In this document: positions 37,652-52,274 of the stretch, piece by piece
Layout of the letters: each line of letters starts with the position of its first letter
Numbering within the stretch: the first letter of the stretch is position 1
Assembly: GCA_951406725.2 (NCBI GenBank)
Contig: OX597815.1
Coordinates: 185,132,001 to 185,196,000, forward strand
Reading direction: 5' to 3'
Length of the DNA stretch: 64,000 nt
Source of the DNA: Octopus vulgaris
Lineage: Eukaryota
Position numbers and translations under genes: made by a program
The notes under the pieces: generated by a model
What the model saw: the letters and a program-made list of their open reading frames with translations, nothing else
Told to the model about the DNA's origin: nothing
Database searches by the model: none

Positions 37652-39169
37652 GATAGTACATGAGGTAGACACATGTTCTAGATGAAAGAATTTTGTTTAC
37701 ATAGTATTGAAAGTTTAGGATTTAGTGGTGTCCACCAGTTTTTTAGGTTCGATTCTTATGTACGTTTATCGTGTTAGTCATTTATTTTTAGTCAATAATT
37801 TGTCTTTTTAAGAGTTAGTGACTTAAACTCATAAAATCACTGAGACATGAAAATAACATTTATGTCCTGTAAAATAACAGGAAGTAAATTGTGTAACACC
37901 ATATAAATATTTTTGAAAGAACACTTCTTAAATTGCTAAAATACACGGACATGAATGTTACCAACTTATACATATTAATAGTTTGAAAAAAAAAAACACT
38001 TATGTTTATTATATAGCTTTGCTTATATCAAGCTACAATACCTACGAATGAAACCGAGTGAATCAAAAATGTATTTGTGCCATTGTATAATGACGAAAAA
38101 GCTACTTCAAAAATCTATATTGTTAATATTTTAGGCGCACCTTCTATTTCATTCCTATTCTTGGTCAATTCACACAATATATATTCCTGGAAAATTCATT
38201 GAATCATACACAGCTGCAATGGACTATATGTGTGTGTATATGCGCACATGTGTGCTTGTGTGTGTGTGCTTAACTATAAGCATTACGATTGATACATAAA
38301 TATATGATAACAATATGTCAGAAATTTATACGAGAACTTTCCGCGTTCTTTGACAGTATATTATTCAAGCGACAAATATCATATTTTATCGAAGAGATAT
38401 GCGGATTCTTTTCATATAATAATAACCAGTAACAGCAGGAAAGGCAACTACATCACCCATTCTAGTATCGCTGCGCAGCAACAGATAAGATTAAACAATA
38501 CTTGCTTCTCATTCACATGCAACTCTTTTATCATCGCTTCCATTGTAACATTTTTATTACCTTTATCAGCATTCTGAATTTCAACTCGACGAAGCATGAA
38601 TTTTTATTTTCAAAAATTGTTCTCTGTTACCACAATCCTTCGCAGTTTAGGCCTACACAGCTTACACACTTTGTTTATTTTTATGTAAATTACGCCAAAT
38701 ACACGAATACTAGAAGTGGTTCAGATACCGTAAAAAGGGTTAATTACACTGCTATATTCATCGGTTCCATCACTCGCCTTGTCAATTCGTGACAGTAAAA
38801 TATTTTATTTGGCAACAATGCATCTGTATACGTTTGTTTGCTCAGATTTGGAACGTAGTTTTTGCACGCAATACAAATAGATGATATGTTTTGTAAACCC
38901 AAAACAGTGTCCAACAAATTCGGCTGAAGGATGACAATCGTGGCAAATTTGATATAACTTAACTGTGCAAATAATTCTGAAAATGAAGCGTCCATTCCTC
39001 ATGTATTTGAAATCACGTATGGGACGTCCCTCAACACATACCTACAGTGACAGATAAGGTCTTAAGCTCCTCGTTCTCATTTGTGACAACAAACACGGCA
39101 GGTAATGTTTGTGTTTCTCTACAAATTCTATGACTTGAGAAGTCGTCTTTATCTCTCTTTTACCCTTTT

Positions 39170-39550
39170 TACTCTTTTACTTGTTTCAGTCATTTGACTG
39201 CGGCCATGCTGGAGCACCGCCTTTAATCGAGCAGATCGACCCCGGGACTTATTCTTTTGTAATCCCAGTACTTATTCTATCGGTCTCTTTAGCCGAACCG
39301 GTAAGTAACGGGGACATAAACACACCAGCATCGGTTGTCAAGCAATGCTAGGGGAACAAACACAGACACACAAACACACACACGCATATATATACATATA
39401 TACGACGGGCTTCTTTCAGTTTCCCTCTACCAAATCCACTCACAAGGCTTTGGTCGGCCCGAGGCTTAGTAGAAGACACTTGCCCAAGATGCCACGCAGT
39501 GGGACTGAACCCGGAACCATGTGGTTGGTAAAGAAGCTACTTACCACACT
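39170..39550 (-). mobile_element. SINE-B (CORE-type SINE with internal microsatellite)
   Basis: B box GGTTCAGTCCC, CORE-like CTTGGGCAAGT, tail GGCGGTGCTCCAGCATGGCCGCAGTCAAATGACTGAAAC. Confidence 0.92.
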
Positions 39551-40371
39551 TTTATAGTTTACTTGTTTCTAATCAAACTGCGATCATACTGGAGCACTGC
39601 CTTGATCAGTTTTAGTCGAACGAATCGACCCCAGTACTTATTTTTTAAAACCTGATACTTATACTAAAGTGTCACTATGTCCCTGTCATTTTTTTCTCGC
39701 CCCTCCTTAATTCTTCTGTCCATCTGCTTCTACGACTATCTCTCTCTTCTCTTCTCTTCTCTTCTCTTCTCTTCTCCCTCCTTACTTCTTTTGTTCCTCG
39801 TTTTCTCTCTCTTCTCTTCTCACGTGACCGATAAGCCAGACTGCTAGCCTTCTTTTTACGTCTGGCCGTGTTTGAGAAAGAATTGTATCTCTGCCGTAAG
39901 GCTTCATTTCCACACATGCCAGGTGAATTCAATACGTCCCCAGTCGAAAGAAACCTGTTGTTATGTCTTGTTATTATTATTTTTATTGTATTTTGTATTT
40001 ATATTTGTGTAACATCGCCTGTTTTTCCGTCCTTGTTTCGTATATATTCGATGCTTTTTTCCAAGGAATCTTATGCTCTCAGCTTAGTTTTTCCTTGGGG
40101 ATGGCCAGATTGGAGCAATCTCAAGATTAATCAGCCGAAATTGCGAGGATGATCCGGTTCTTGACTGAGGATAGAAAGCTTCGAATGACCCGTCCTTGTT
40201 TTTTTTTGTATCGTCTATCTGAATGTTTTGTTGCCCCTTTTGTATCACCCAGTTGTCCGGATGTTTTGCGTTCTTGTCCCATTTTGTATTTCATATATAT
40301 ATATATATGAGAGAAAGAGAGAGGGAGAGAGGTAGTGATGGAGATATATCTGTACATACCTATGTGTATAT

Positions 40372-40406
<35 letters not shown>

Positions 40407-41059
40407 TATATATCAAGTTTAATTGTGTTTATCTCCATCACTATCCCCATATTAGTTCAAATGGATTTCTGTTATAACCACTTTTCCCAGTGGACCTGGT
40501 TCTCGATAAATATTTCGAAGTTTAAGTTCAAATCATTAGAGCAGTACGAATGTTCTATACCGACAATGTCTAGCTCTCATCTCTTCGCTTTGTATATATC
40601 AGCGCGCGTGTGTGTGTGTATGTACGTGTGTACATGCATGTACTCTGCATGTTTGCATGTATATGTGCGTATGCGTATGTATGGCTACATTCCTGATACT
40701 TCAAAATTAGGAAATACTTGTATTAAATTATGATACTATTTCTTGATAATTCTCGTTGCCACAAAAGTTCAGTAACCATACTTAATTCTGTATTCATAAG
40801 ACATTAGTACGTATTATTGAATCTTTAAATATGATGGATCGATATTGTTATAGAATTTAGTAATGATATTTGAATTCTTTCAAATACTGGCAAAGCTAAG
40901 ACAGAAATACTGCTAATTGTCCTAATGAGCGGTTCTTTGAAATGCTGAAAATGCAACAAAAGGTTTTATGAGAGTATTTAATTCTGGTATCATTGCGTTT
41001 GCCTTATTCTTAGCCTCATTCATCTTCTTTTATTGAGACTTCAATTTTATCGACGCCCT

Positions 41060-41291
41060 ATTCATATATATATATATATATATATATACAGAAATACATA
41101 TATATGTACATATATATATAAATATATACATATATGTATGTATGCATACATACATATATGTATGTATGCATACATACATATACATATATGTATGTATGCA
41201 TACATACATATACATACACACACACACATATATATATATATAGATACATACATGCATACATATATATATACATATGCACATACATGCATAC

Positions 41292-41335
<44 letters not shown>
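41060..41335. repeat. Compound (TA)n/(TACA)n microsatellite
   Basis: Direct reading. Confidence 0.95.
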
Positions 41336-41336
<1 letters not shown>

Positions 41337-41621
41337 ATACAACTCACTCAATAAGAACTCACTACTTGAATGGGACATAAACAAAACTTGACTTGAACAG
41401 GATTTAGATAATCCTATCAGGTGGCGCTATTAAGTTAGACATAGGTTGGACCAATCTTTGGTCGAAACATATCTAAGTTCATCTAAGCTTATAATAACAC
41501 TCTAATTCATCTGCTTCCACAAATCTTCACTTTTAAGTGGCCCTGTATCTTTTGTATGAAATACGACTTCTTGAGACATCAAAACTGACTGCTACACGTC
41601 TTTCCTATAAATTGATTATAA

Positions 41622-41888
41622 ACTGCGGCCATGCTGGAGCACCGCCTTTAATCGAGCAATTCGACCCCGGGACTTATTCTTTTGTAATCCCAGTACTTAT
41701 TCTATCGGTCTCTTTTGACGAACTGCTAAGTAAAGGGGACATAAACACACCAGCATCGGTTGTCAAGCAATGCTAGGGGAACAAACACAGACACACAAAC
41801 ACACATGCGCATATATATACATATATACGACGGGCTTCTTTCAGTTTCCGTCTACCAAATCCACTCACAAGGCTTTGGTCGGCCCGAA
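41622..41888 (-). mobile_element. SINE-B, truncated
   Basis: Near-identical to 39197-39460. Confidence 0.92.
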
Positions 41889-42229
41889 GCTCAAAACCTT
41901 TTCTAATTGATCTTCACCACGATCTACTTAGCCGCAAGCTCACAGATAATGACTCGTCTATCTGATATGTGTCTAGGCAAAAAAATGCCTCCACTTGCTG
42001 GAGAATCAGGTGAATGCTCAACCACTGCGTTGTCTATCTTGGTGTGTTCCTTGTCTTTAATATTCTTGAATTGAGGCAGAACATTGCTGTTACTAATGTT
42101 GTCATCTCGGTAAACAGCATGTAGCCTAGAGGACACTGATCCATCGAGTAACCGAGGGACTAATCTCAATTACAAAGCAATCTATGCCCGCTTTAGCATT
42201 ATATTGCGAAGAAAACCTCATCTTTTCTC

Positions 42230-42420
42230 TTTTTATCTTTTATTTGCTTGAGTCATTAGACTGCGGCTATGCTGGGGCGGTGCTTTGAAGCGAAACGGCT
42301 GCAGAATTTTTTTAAGCCTCGTTCTAAATCGACCGGTCTCTTTTGACGAAACCGCTAAGGGGACGTATATAATACAAAACCGAATTTCAAGCGGTGTAGT
42401 GGGGAACAAACACAGACAAC
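42230..42420 (-). mobile_element. SINE-B 3' half, degenerate
   Basis: GACTGCGGCTATGCTGGGGC..TTTTGACGAAACCGCTAAG..GGGGAACAAACACAGAC. Confidence 0.78.
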
Positions 42421-42723
42421 ACACACATACACACACGCACACGCACCCACACATACACACACATACATATTTTATATATATATACATATATATATGTATA
42501 TATATGAATGTGTTCTTGAGAACACATTCTTCGTCGAAAATGGCGATTTTGACGTCTATATCTAGGATATAGGCAGTTCATTTTTTAGTGGTAAGTCGTT
42601 TAAATTTTGTATATATACAGATATATGTATACATATATCTATATGTATGTGTGTATGCGTGTATGTGTATGCATATATGTAGCTGTATATGTACACACAG
42701 ACACATACACACATATACATATA

Positions 42724-42767
<44 letters not shown>

Positions 42768-42983
42768 TGAGTGAGTGCGTTTTAAGTTAATTTTAGTTAG
42801 TTAACCTGACTTTGAAAAGCTTACGTTTACAAAGAGGGAAAATGAGCCGATATAAATTGTACGTGTATCCTTCAGAATGCTCCCCCACGCCGCTTCGTCT
42901 ACGCAGGCACATTACTGTGTACTTATATTGCTATTTATAAATACATACATATACAAACACACACACACACACATATACACACG

Positions 42984-43021
<38 letters not shown>

Positions 43022-43924
43022 CATATAACCATACATGCGTGTGTATATGTATATATGTGTGTATGCGTATATGTAAATATATATGCACGCACGCACACAC
43101 ACACACGCACACATATGCATTGACAGTAAACTTAGCTCAAGGGATCCTTTATTAAATTATATGTATTAGAGGAAGTCATACAGCTCGTGCACAATAACAG
43201 TTAATGAACTTTAAACAGTGTACACACATCGCAATTTATATGATTCAAATAGTCACGATGGAGTCTCTACATGGTTGCACGATCTTCTAGAAATAGTAGT
43301 CGAATGTCCCTCAAAACTCCACGCTTCCTGTTCAAAGATAGAGCTACTCTACAAAATATTCCTTGATAGGTACAAAACGGTATAGTTTTGGCTGGCAAGC
43401 TTTTAGACATAGGTTTTTTCTCAAACAAGGCAGACCTGGGGCTAAACAGCAATAGTCAGTTGTTAAAAGTTTATATGGAACTTCCTGTTTGCGACATTAA
43501 ATAATCAATATATTTTTACGCATAGTTACTGTTATTTTTATTATTTTCTATCAGGCATTTTATGAATATTACTGTCGTTTGTTATAAGTGGAAATGACAG
43601 CATTTCGACTATTATAGACATATTGAAATAAATGTCGCCAACCTGAAATATTAAATTGAAAACTAAATTATTGGCAACCTCTGAACTCACAGATTGTTAT
43701 TCACACTGCTTTTAATTTATTGATTCAAAACCAAAACGGTATTCTTGAGTTCTTCTCATTCACAGCCGCATGACAAAATAACAATTTGATTTTACAGTGA
43801 GTGAAATAAGTTCAATTATGTTTTGAAATTAGTTCAGTATAACCGCGGAAGAATTCATAAGTGCTGAGTGTTGTTTTATCTTCATCAAAGTGGTTTGTCT
43901 TTACAAAAATAAAAGAGAAAAACG

Positions 43925-44248
43925 GGCACTCCGTCGGTTACGATGAAGCAGGTTTCAGTTGATCCAGTCAATGGAACAGCCTGCAAGGGAAAATAACGTG
44001 CAAGTGGCTCAGCACACCGCAGACACATGTACTTTTAACGATGTTTCTATGGAGATTCAGCGTGACACAGAATTTGATAAGGGTGGCCATTTGAAATACA
44101 GGTAGAACTCATTTTTGCAAGCTGAATAGACTCGAGCAAAGCGAAATAAAGTTTCTTGCTTGAGGATAAAATGCGCTATCACGTATCGAACACACGGTCT
44201 TACCTTCTTGAGATGAATAACTTAATCACTTAGCCGTGCGCCCTCACT
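43925..44248 (-). mobile_element. Chimeric SINE: tRNA head + CORE-like middle + SINE-C 3' domain
   Basis: 3' half matches SINE-C (GGCACTCCGTCGGTTACGA on +); 5' half differs and resembles 61722-61897. Confidence 0.75.
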
Positions 44249-45509
44249 TCTGCCCTTAAATAGGTTTGACATTTTAATCGATGAACAGACATGAATTCAC
44301 TAAGCTAACGTCTTCTTTATGAAGCCATTATCCTGCTGTGTTTTCGAAATTGTGTTCATTACTTGTCTATTCTTGTCCTGTCATGCCTAAGGGTTCTGAG
44401 CCTGAAATATACGGACATGTTGAAATGAATATTATCTATTTCAAACATGAAAACCTTCTTTGTTAGCGAATTCTTAACAATGCGAGTGTATATTAGAGAA
44501 CATTTGCCTAATGTACGAAGCTATGGGACGGACCTTTTAAACACTGTTGGGAAGTGAATAACTTAAATAACCCAGCTTTGCCTGCGCCCATGATGGTGAG
44601 TATAACTTTGTACAAGTGAATTGTGATATACGATTATATTAGTCAGGGTATCAGCCTTCAACTTTACATAGATATTTCATATAAGCAGTGTATATTTTAT
44701 TATAAACTGCTTGCTGACCGGTTTCAACTCTAATCGATATCAAATATTTTATTCCTCTGTCAGCACCTAATACTCAACTAAATTTGAACTTGCTATTTTC
44801 TATAGGAGAGTAACAAGATTTTTATTTTCTTGATTCTTGACTCGTGAACATTTCTTGCTTCATGACTGCGTGTTTAAGAATTTTACATCGCAAATAAGTG
44901 ATTTGGGATTCCATCACAGTGCACAATTATTTTTAATGGTATAAACTCTGATTAAGAAAGCTGTTGAATAGATCGTACCTGTTTTAGGTGATATGGTTAA
45001 GTTGTCACTCACTTAGACAACACTTAGATGCTGTGCCCTTACGTCCAATTTAGTGGTGATCGCTGCTTTAAGCCAAATCTTCAAGCTGAGAACTTTTTCC
45101 TCAGTCATTATCGAAGGCACTTGAAAAAGGTATTTGAACTGTCCTTCCTCGTCTGATTAAATCACTAAAAAGTTATGTAAATTAACGTTTTAATAAACAC
45201 AGATATACTGAACTATCTTTTTCTGCGCTTCCTGCTTGCGATGCTTCATTTGAATACAGTTGTGAGCTTATATCTTGTAATTATTTGAAAAACGCGCGAT
45301 ACATACATCCAATCCAACACTGGGACTTTTATTCTTTAATAGCAAAATCAGTTTTCTTGAGACCTCTTGAAGTCACAAGCAGGCTATGAGATAATAACAA
45401 ATGCTAGGAAGCCAGTGTTATAACTTAAGGGCTGTTTTTGTAAATAAAAAAGAGAGGTGTTATGATGGTGCCGATTTTGTCGATCTCGTGAGATTAAAGA
45501 AAACCTCTC

Positions 45510-45957
45510 TATAATTTTGGTACAAGATCAGCAAATTTGGAGTCGAAGTAGGTCGAATACACCGATCCCGGTGTTCAACGGTGCTTATTTTATGGATTCT
45601 GTGAGGATGTAAGACAATGCTGATCTCGGCGGAATTTGAACGCAGAATGTAAAGACGGACGAAATGCCGATAATCATTTTGCCCGGAATGTTAACAATTC
45701 TGCCAGTTTGTCGCCATTTCCTTTTTTCATATTGACTTATATTAAGTTCAAATTTCATCCCAAGATCAGTAAATTCGAGGGAGGGGTTAATCGATTACAT
45801 TGACACCAGTACTTAACTGGTATTTATTTTCGCGACATTGAAAGGATGAAATGTAAAGTCGACCTCGGCGGAATTTGAACGCAGAACGTAAAGACGGACA
45901 AAATGCCGCTAAACATTTTGTCTGGTATGCTTACGATTCTGCCAGCTCACCGCCTTA
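45510..45957 (-). mobile_element. Two tandem degenerate SINE-A (tail type 2) copies
   Basis: CTCGGCGGAATTTGAACGCAGAA..AAAGACGGAC occurs at ~45625 and ~45864. Confidence 0.82.
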
Positions 45958-46387
45958 TAGCTATCTTTAAATTTAAGAATAGTTTTAACAACTTATTCGT
46001 CAGCATTGAGCTCTAAACCTACAGACATATCCAGAAAGTACAGTGACGATTGTTTAGTAATCTCATACAATGAGGAAAGCTATACCCTGGAGAGATTTTG
46101 AAAACATTTAATTAGAAAATTTAATGTGTTTGACTTAATTATAATCCATTAGCACAAACTTAATGATTGCCAACTTCTTAGAAATAACACTGGTTTTAAA
46201 CTTAATTACCTAACTATACCATGAACAGAATATGAATATATTTCATTGGAATAATTAATGTGTTTGAATTGAAGATAACTATAAGCATTAACCTAATGCC
46301 AGCCAACTTCTTAGCAGTGACATAATATCAAGATATTATATATGTATACACACACACACACACACACACATATACATATATATATAT

Positions 46388-46891
46388 AATCAGAAAATGG
46401 AGAAAATCTCAGAACAAACAACACAACTGGACTACATCTAAAGCTTATTATTTAATACAAAACATGACATAGCATTTATGTGAGATAACAATTCTTACGG
46501 TCGTTTCCGCTTCCGATGCCAATCAGTAAAAGAGACTCTTTTACCTACGGCCTTCGAAGCCCTATGGTAGCAGTGTGTATGTTATTAATATATTGGGCTT
46601 CCAGACTTCTCTAGGCCATGCTTTTCTTTCTTATTTCCTCTTCTTGTTTACTTGGACGCTTTTGTATTAACTCTGATGAAGCTCCGTGTTTTAGTTCGAA
46701 TGACCAATGAAGATGAAAAAAGAATTATTTTCGCAATTCTTTGTAGGCACTGATTGGCTTCGGAAGCAGAAACGGCCGTAGGAATTGTTATGTGACATTA
46801 ATGTTATGTCATGTTTTGTATCAAATAATAAGCTTTAGATGTGGTCCAATTGTGTTGTTTGTTGCTCTGAGGTTTTCTCCATTTTCTGGTT
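46388..46891. mobile_element. PLE-type foldback (arms 46388-46527 / 46749-46891) with an extended hammerhead-like motif at 46668-46786 (+)
   Basis: ~140-bp inverted arms; CTGATGA-A-GCTCCG...CGGAAGCA-GAAA-CGGCCG-TA; stem I is weak. Confidence 0.7.
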
Positions 46892-47058
46892 ATTCCTATT
46901 TGATTCCTGATAAACTTTTGTTTATTCAATTATTAACAGTTCTCTACGAGCGTAGTGTTCCTGCATACCCATGCCCAGAGATAACACGAGTAGCTGATAC
47001 CGATAGTATATACGGATATTTTATCCCTTAGTCGGTTATTATAAACGCTAACTCTGCT

Positions 47059-47123
<65 letters not shown>

Positions 47124-47132
47124 TATAGAGAG

Positions 47133-47182
<50 letters not shown>

Positions 47183-47245
47183 ACTGCTGTTGATTCACCA
47201 GAAGCGATGAATTACAGGACACAATAGAAAGCAGAGTATTCTTTG

Positions 47246-47455
47246 ATCCATTATAACTGAAAAGCTCCGATTTACCGGATTCAGAGCTACTCGTTTCTGA
47301 TCATCGGCTGATAAACCTTCAAAACCTTCATTTCCTATTTCAAACATATTCAGACAGTGGATATTCAAAAGAAAATCAGGCTCAGATTATCGTCTGATAA
47401 TTGGAAACCAGTAACTCTGAGTATTGGAAAGTGGTGCCTTTCAGTTACAATGGAT
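47246..47455. repeat. Degenerate foldback, ~52-bp arms
   Basis: ATCCATTATAACTGAAAAG..TCAGAGCTACTCGTTTC versus GAAACCAGTAACTCTGAG..CTTTCAGTTACAATGGAT. Confidence 0.6.
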
Positions 47456-47897
47456 TACTCATACATACATATATACGTATATGGATGTGTGCGTGTGTAT
47501 GCATGTATTATTTATGTATATACATACAAACACATATATACACAATCACACAAATAAATAAATAAAAATAAATATATATATATATGCTCCAAAACAGCAA
47601 AGAACCCCACCCGTATGTATGAAAGTTGTAAAGGGCATATATCGTAGATATTCTAATCTTTTCTCAGAAGTGAACATCATTATAAAGGCCACACCTGAAT
47701 CAATAAGAATTAACGTAAGAATGAACGTAAGATGTTATGTATAAGGAAAACACACCCCAGAGCAGAACAGGGATGAAACAGTTATTAGCTTTACGTTTGA
47801 CATAATCACGAAATTTCTAGTTACACTAGTAAAGCATTTTACACTAACACTTCAATACATATAATCCTGTCTTTTTGTCGGGACAAGATCTGAAAAT

Positions 47898-49497
47898 ATG
47901 GCGTAGTGTGTGTTGGTGTCGATGTGTGTGAGAGGGAGAGTAAGAGGAAGAAAATGAGAAAGAGAGAGAGAGAGGACGCTGTGCATTTTGAGTCTCTTGT
48001 ACAATCCACTTGATGGGCTTCTATAAAGTTTCCGTTGACCTAATTTCCCCGCAACATACGGGTTGAACCGAGGTTATAGAAGATGGCATTTGTCCAAGCA
48101 GCAATGCAATGGAATCGCACCCGATATCTCTTGGATCTGAAGCAAACATCTTAAGCCTTCTACCATACAGCAGGTCAGCAAATACACACATACAAATACA
48201 CGCACACACATACACATACACACACACACAAACACACACGCACATACACACATATGATTTCTTTTTCTCTTTTCTGCTTTCTCTCATTCTCTTGACTAGA
48301 ATATTAATTTATCGACCCCCGAAAGGATAACAAGCAAAGTCGACCTTGGCGGAATTTGAACTCAGAACGTAATAACGGATGAAATACCGCTAAGCATTTT
48401 ACCTGGTGTGCTGACGATTCTGACAGCTCGCCGCCTTCTTTTCAGTACATATAACGTAATCGTTTCTCTGAGAATTACAAGTACAGTAATCACTCGCCAT
48501 ATCGCGGTTCACCAATCGCGCACTCAGTCCATCGCGGTTCACCTATTGCGCACTCAGTACATCGCAGTTTACCTATCGTGCTGTCAGTCTATCGTGGTTC
48601 ACCTATCACACACTAAATGCATCGCGTTTCACTTATTGCGCACACAGTACATCGCCGTTCACCTATCGCACACTCAGTACATCGCGTTTCACCTATCGCA
48701 CACACTCAGTACATCGTGATTCACCTATCGTGTACTCAATACATTGCGGTTCACCTATCGTGCACTCAGTACATCATGGATTTTTCTGGCTAATATATGT
48801 AAATTTATATCGGGGACTCCTCTGTATAACCAGTTTTCTGCGACCGATAGGTATTTATATATCTTTTAGATTTTAATTATTTCTGTGGGAGGTTTTGGAA
48901 CGTAACACCTGCAACAGTCGACGGATTACTGCGGATTACACACGCACACAATATTGATCCCAACAGCCAACTTATAACTCTAAAACAGCCTTTGGTGGTG
49001 TCATGAAGAAGCTTCGTTGCTCGGTCAATGAAATTACCTGTTCCTGAATTAACATGTAAGTGGTTAGACGTACTAGAGACAGGTGTACCATTCACATAAT
49101 TCTTAGGGGGAATCAGCATGGCGTAGTGTGTGTAGGTGTCGATGTGTGTGAGGGGGAGAGTAAGAGGAAGGGAACCAGAAAGAGAGTGAGAGAACGCTGT
49201 GCATTTTGAGTCTCTTGTACAATCCACTTGATGGGCTTCGATAAAGTTTCCGTTGACCTAATTTCCCCCGCAACATACGGGTTGAACCGAGGTTATAGAA
49301 GATGGCATTTGTCCAAGCAGCAATGCAATGGAATCGCACCCGATATCTCTTGGATCTGAAGCAAACATCTTAAGCCTTCTACCATACAGCAGGTCAGCAA
49401 ATACACACATACAAATACACGCACACACATACACATACACACAAACACACACGCACATACACACATATGATTTCTTTTCTCTTTTCTGCTTTCTCTC
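47898..49497. repeat. Local direct duplication of ~385 bp (47898-48285 and 49118-49497)
   Basis: Near-identical sequence including an old SINE-B remnant and its unique flanks. Confidence 0.93.
48499..48775. repeat. 30-bp minisatellite, ~9 units (ATCGCGGTTCACCTATCGCGCACTCAGTAC)
   Basis: Direct reading; CpG-rich. Confidence 0.92.
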
Positions 49498-49654
49498 CTT
49501 CACTCTCTTTCCCTCTTTCTCTCTTTTTCCTTTTCTCTCTCTTTCTTCTCTCTCTCTCTCTTTCTGTCTAACATACATATCCCACTTATATAAACAAAAG
49601 CAAAATGCTTTGCTTTGTATTTTATGATGTATGTGTATGTATATATTTAAATAT

Positions 49655-49989
49655 TTGTGTGTGTATATGTGTGTAATTGTGTGTGTGGGATTTTGCATGT
49701 ATATGTATATATGTATAATTGTGTGTGTATCCATGTATAATTGTGTGTGTGTGTGTGTGTTTGATTTTGCGTGTGTATGTATATATGTATAATTGTGTGT
49801 GTGTGTATATGTATAACTGGGTGTATGTGTGTGTGATTTTGCGTGTGTATGTATATATATATATAATTGTGTGTGTGTATATGTATAATTGTGTGTATGT
49901 GTGATTTTGCGTGTATATGTATATATGTATAATTGTGTGTGTGTGTGCATGTATAATTGTGTGTATGTGTGTGTATGATTTTGCGTGTG

Positions 49990-50033
<44 letters not shown>

Positions 50034-50232
50034 TGTGTGTGTATATGTATAATTGTGTGTGTGTGTATGTGTGATTTTGCGTGTGTGTGTATATATATAA
50101 TTGTGTGTATATGTGTGTATGAGTTTGCGTGTGTATGTATATATGCATGATTGTGTGTGTGTGTATGTGTGTGTGTGATTTTGCGTGTGTATGTATATAT
50201 GTATAATTGTGTGCGTGTGTGTGTGATTTTGC
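49655..50232. repeat. Higher-order TG/TA minisatellite (GATTTTGCGTGTG / GTATAATTGTGTG modules)
   Basis: Direct reading; source of the spurious 363-aa ORF. Confidence 0.9.
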
Positions 50233-50340
50233 GTTGTATATGTTGTTTGCTGTAGAAGATGAGGTTGTCCCCATGACATTCACAAGTTCTCCTAGACTCA
50301 TGAAAGTGATGCTGTTTATGTACCCCTTAAAATAGTTATG

Positions 50341-50612
50341 TGGAGGCACATGGCCTAGTTGATAGAGCTGAGGACTCGCGGTCGAGGGATCGTGGGCTCG
50401 AATCTCAGACCGGGCGATGTGTGTGTTTATGAGCGAAACACCTAAGCTCTACGCGTCTCCAGCAGAAGGTAATGGCAAACTTCTCACCTGCATCTTGCAG
50501 CTCACCGGCGACGGACCGGCGTCCCGTCCAGGTGAGGAACCTATACGCCAAGGAAACCGGGAAACAGACACTATGAACCAGGCGTGGCTTGAGAAGGAAC
50601 AAACAATAAAAT
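50341..50612 (+). mobile_element. SINE with SINE-C-type head and a different 3' part
   Basis: Head and first body segment match SINE-C (GAGCGAAACACCTAAGCTC), then switch to GGCGTCCCGTCCAGG..GGAAACCGGG. Confidence 0.72.
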
Positions 50613-50825
50613 AGTTGCAATACAACGACCACCAGAAAAACAAGTGGAGGGAAGGGTTTCGAAAGATCCACTATTGTGGGGTGGAAGGAATGGGCGTTTT
50701 AGTTAATGAACTGGACGATTGGACGCGTGGTATACAGGCCGTATGATTGGCTGATCGTTTACTGGCATCACGGTCAACTGAAGACATTGACTATGAGCCA
50801 ATATAAGTCAATATATAAACAAAAA

Positions 50826-51041
50826 AAGGCAGTGAGCTGGCAGAATCGTTAGCACGTCTGGCAAAAAGCTTAGTAGTATTTCGTCCGTCTTTACGTTCTG
50901 AGTTCAAATTTCGATGAGGCTGTCAATACCTTTCATCGTTTCGGGGTTGATGAAATAAGTATCAGTTATGCAGTGGAGTCGATGTAATCGATTTAAGCCT
51001 TTCATTCGAACTGACTGCTTTGTGCTAAACTTTGAAATCAA
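50826..51041 (+). mobile_element. SINE-A (tail type 2), degenerate
   Basis: Head, B box and central domain all recognisable. Confidence 0.82.
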
Positions 51042-52274
51042 TATAAAAAGAGAAAACGCCATGGGAGAAGTGAAATAGGAAATATTGGACAGATTGTAAT
51101 TGGGGAGACAACTTCAAATCATTTCTCAGAAATTAGAAATACCAGCAGTGAAGCAGTGATTGTGGTGTGGAAGTGAAGTAGTGGGAAGATAGACCAGTGA
51201 ATTATGACGTGCTATTAAAGAGTTTGATAATGAAATACAGAATTCGTGAAATAGTTCGATGGTGGAATGAGATGGGGAAAGACTTATCAAAACTAGATCG
51301 AAATATCAAAACTGATACTGATGTGAAGACAAGTCACGATTCGCTGCTTCATCTTCCCACAGCTTCATTTTCATTCCACATTATTTATTCTAGCTTGTCC
51401 TTTCCTTTAAACTGGCTACGCGTCGAGAAATCTCCAAGGAATACAGAACTGAGTCAGCCGAAATGAATTTTTATAGTCTACAAGGTATCGATTTATCGTC
51501 ACGTATTCATTACTACTAACAGAAATTGCTTGTGTCAGTGCGTTTTTGTCTGTGCTTGTGTGTATATGTGTGAGTGTGTGCGTATGTATGTTTGTATGTA
51601 TCTGTGTATGCATGTATGTACGTATGTATGTAAACCTAGAGCAATATGAAACATTATTTATTTTCTATCATAGCATAAATTATATAATCTTTACATGTGT
51701 TTCACTTGCGAATACAAGCATGTTATAATAGTTGCGTAGACGGTTGTGTAATCACAGTGAATTGCAAAATTTTCGAAGAATATTTTGTTAACTCAAATAT
51801 TTTGTAATATTTTTGTGACTTATTTGCTTTATTCGTCAGGATACAAGAAGAGCAGTCAAACATTCAAGGTCGAGACCATTTTGTTGCTCATTTGAAGCCC
51901 GCTTTCTGCCAGTTTTTGATCGCATACTGGTTCCAGTTCTCGTGCTTCAAGGCGGAGTACTCTTTCATTGCGTGTGTATGTATATATGTATAATTGTGTG
52001 TGTGCGTGTTTGTGATTTTTGCGTTTAATATGTTATTGGTTTGGTGTAGAAGATGAGGTTGTACCCATGACATTCACAAGTTCTCCTAAACTAATGAATG
52101 TGGTGCCGTTTATGTCTCCCTTAAAATGACTCAGCCACAATCATATTACTTACATTCATACATACATACATACATACATACACACATACACACATGCACA
52201 CATACACACATACACACACACATACATACATACATACATACATACATACATACATACATACATACATACATACA

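Noticed and set aside
41440-41476. Hammerhead candidate (stem followed by GAAAC; also 53965-54000)
   Set aside because: No CUGANGA core; the GAAAC is part of a longer simple hairpin.
41924-42169. Minus-strand ORF with YRDD, possible PLE RT fragment
   Set aside because: Only a 4-residue match; the flanking RT motifs are not recognisable.
48499-48775. CRISPR-like 30-bp periodicity
   Set aside because: Units are contiguous with no unique spacers, and the context is eukaryotic; it is a minisatellite.
49258-50349. 363-aa ORF, the longest in the track
   Set aside because: Translation of a TG/TA higher-order repeat and a SINE remnant; no protein-like composition.
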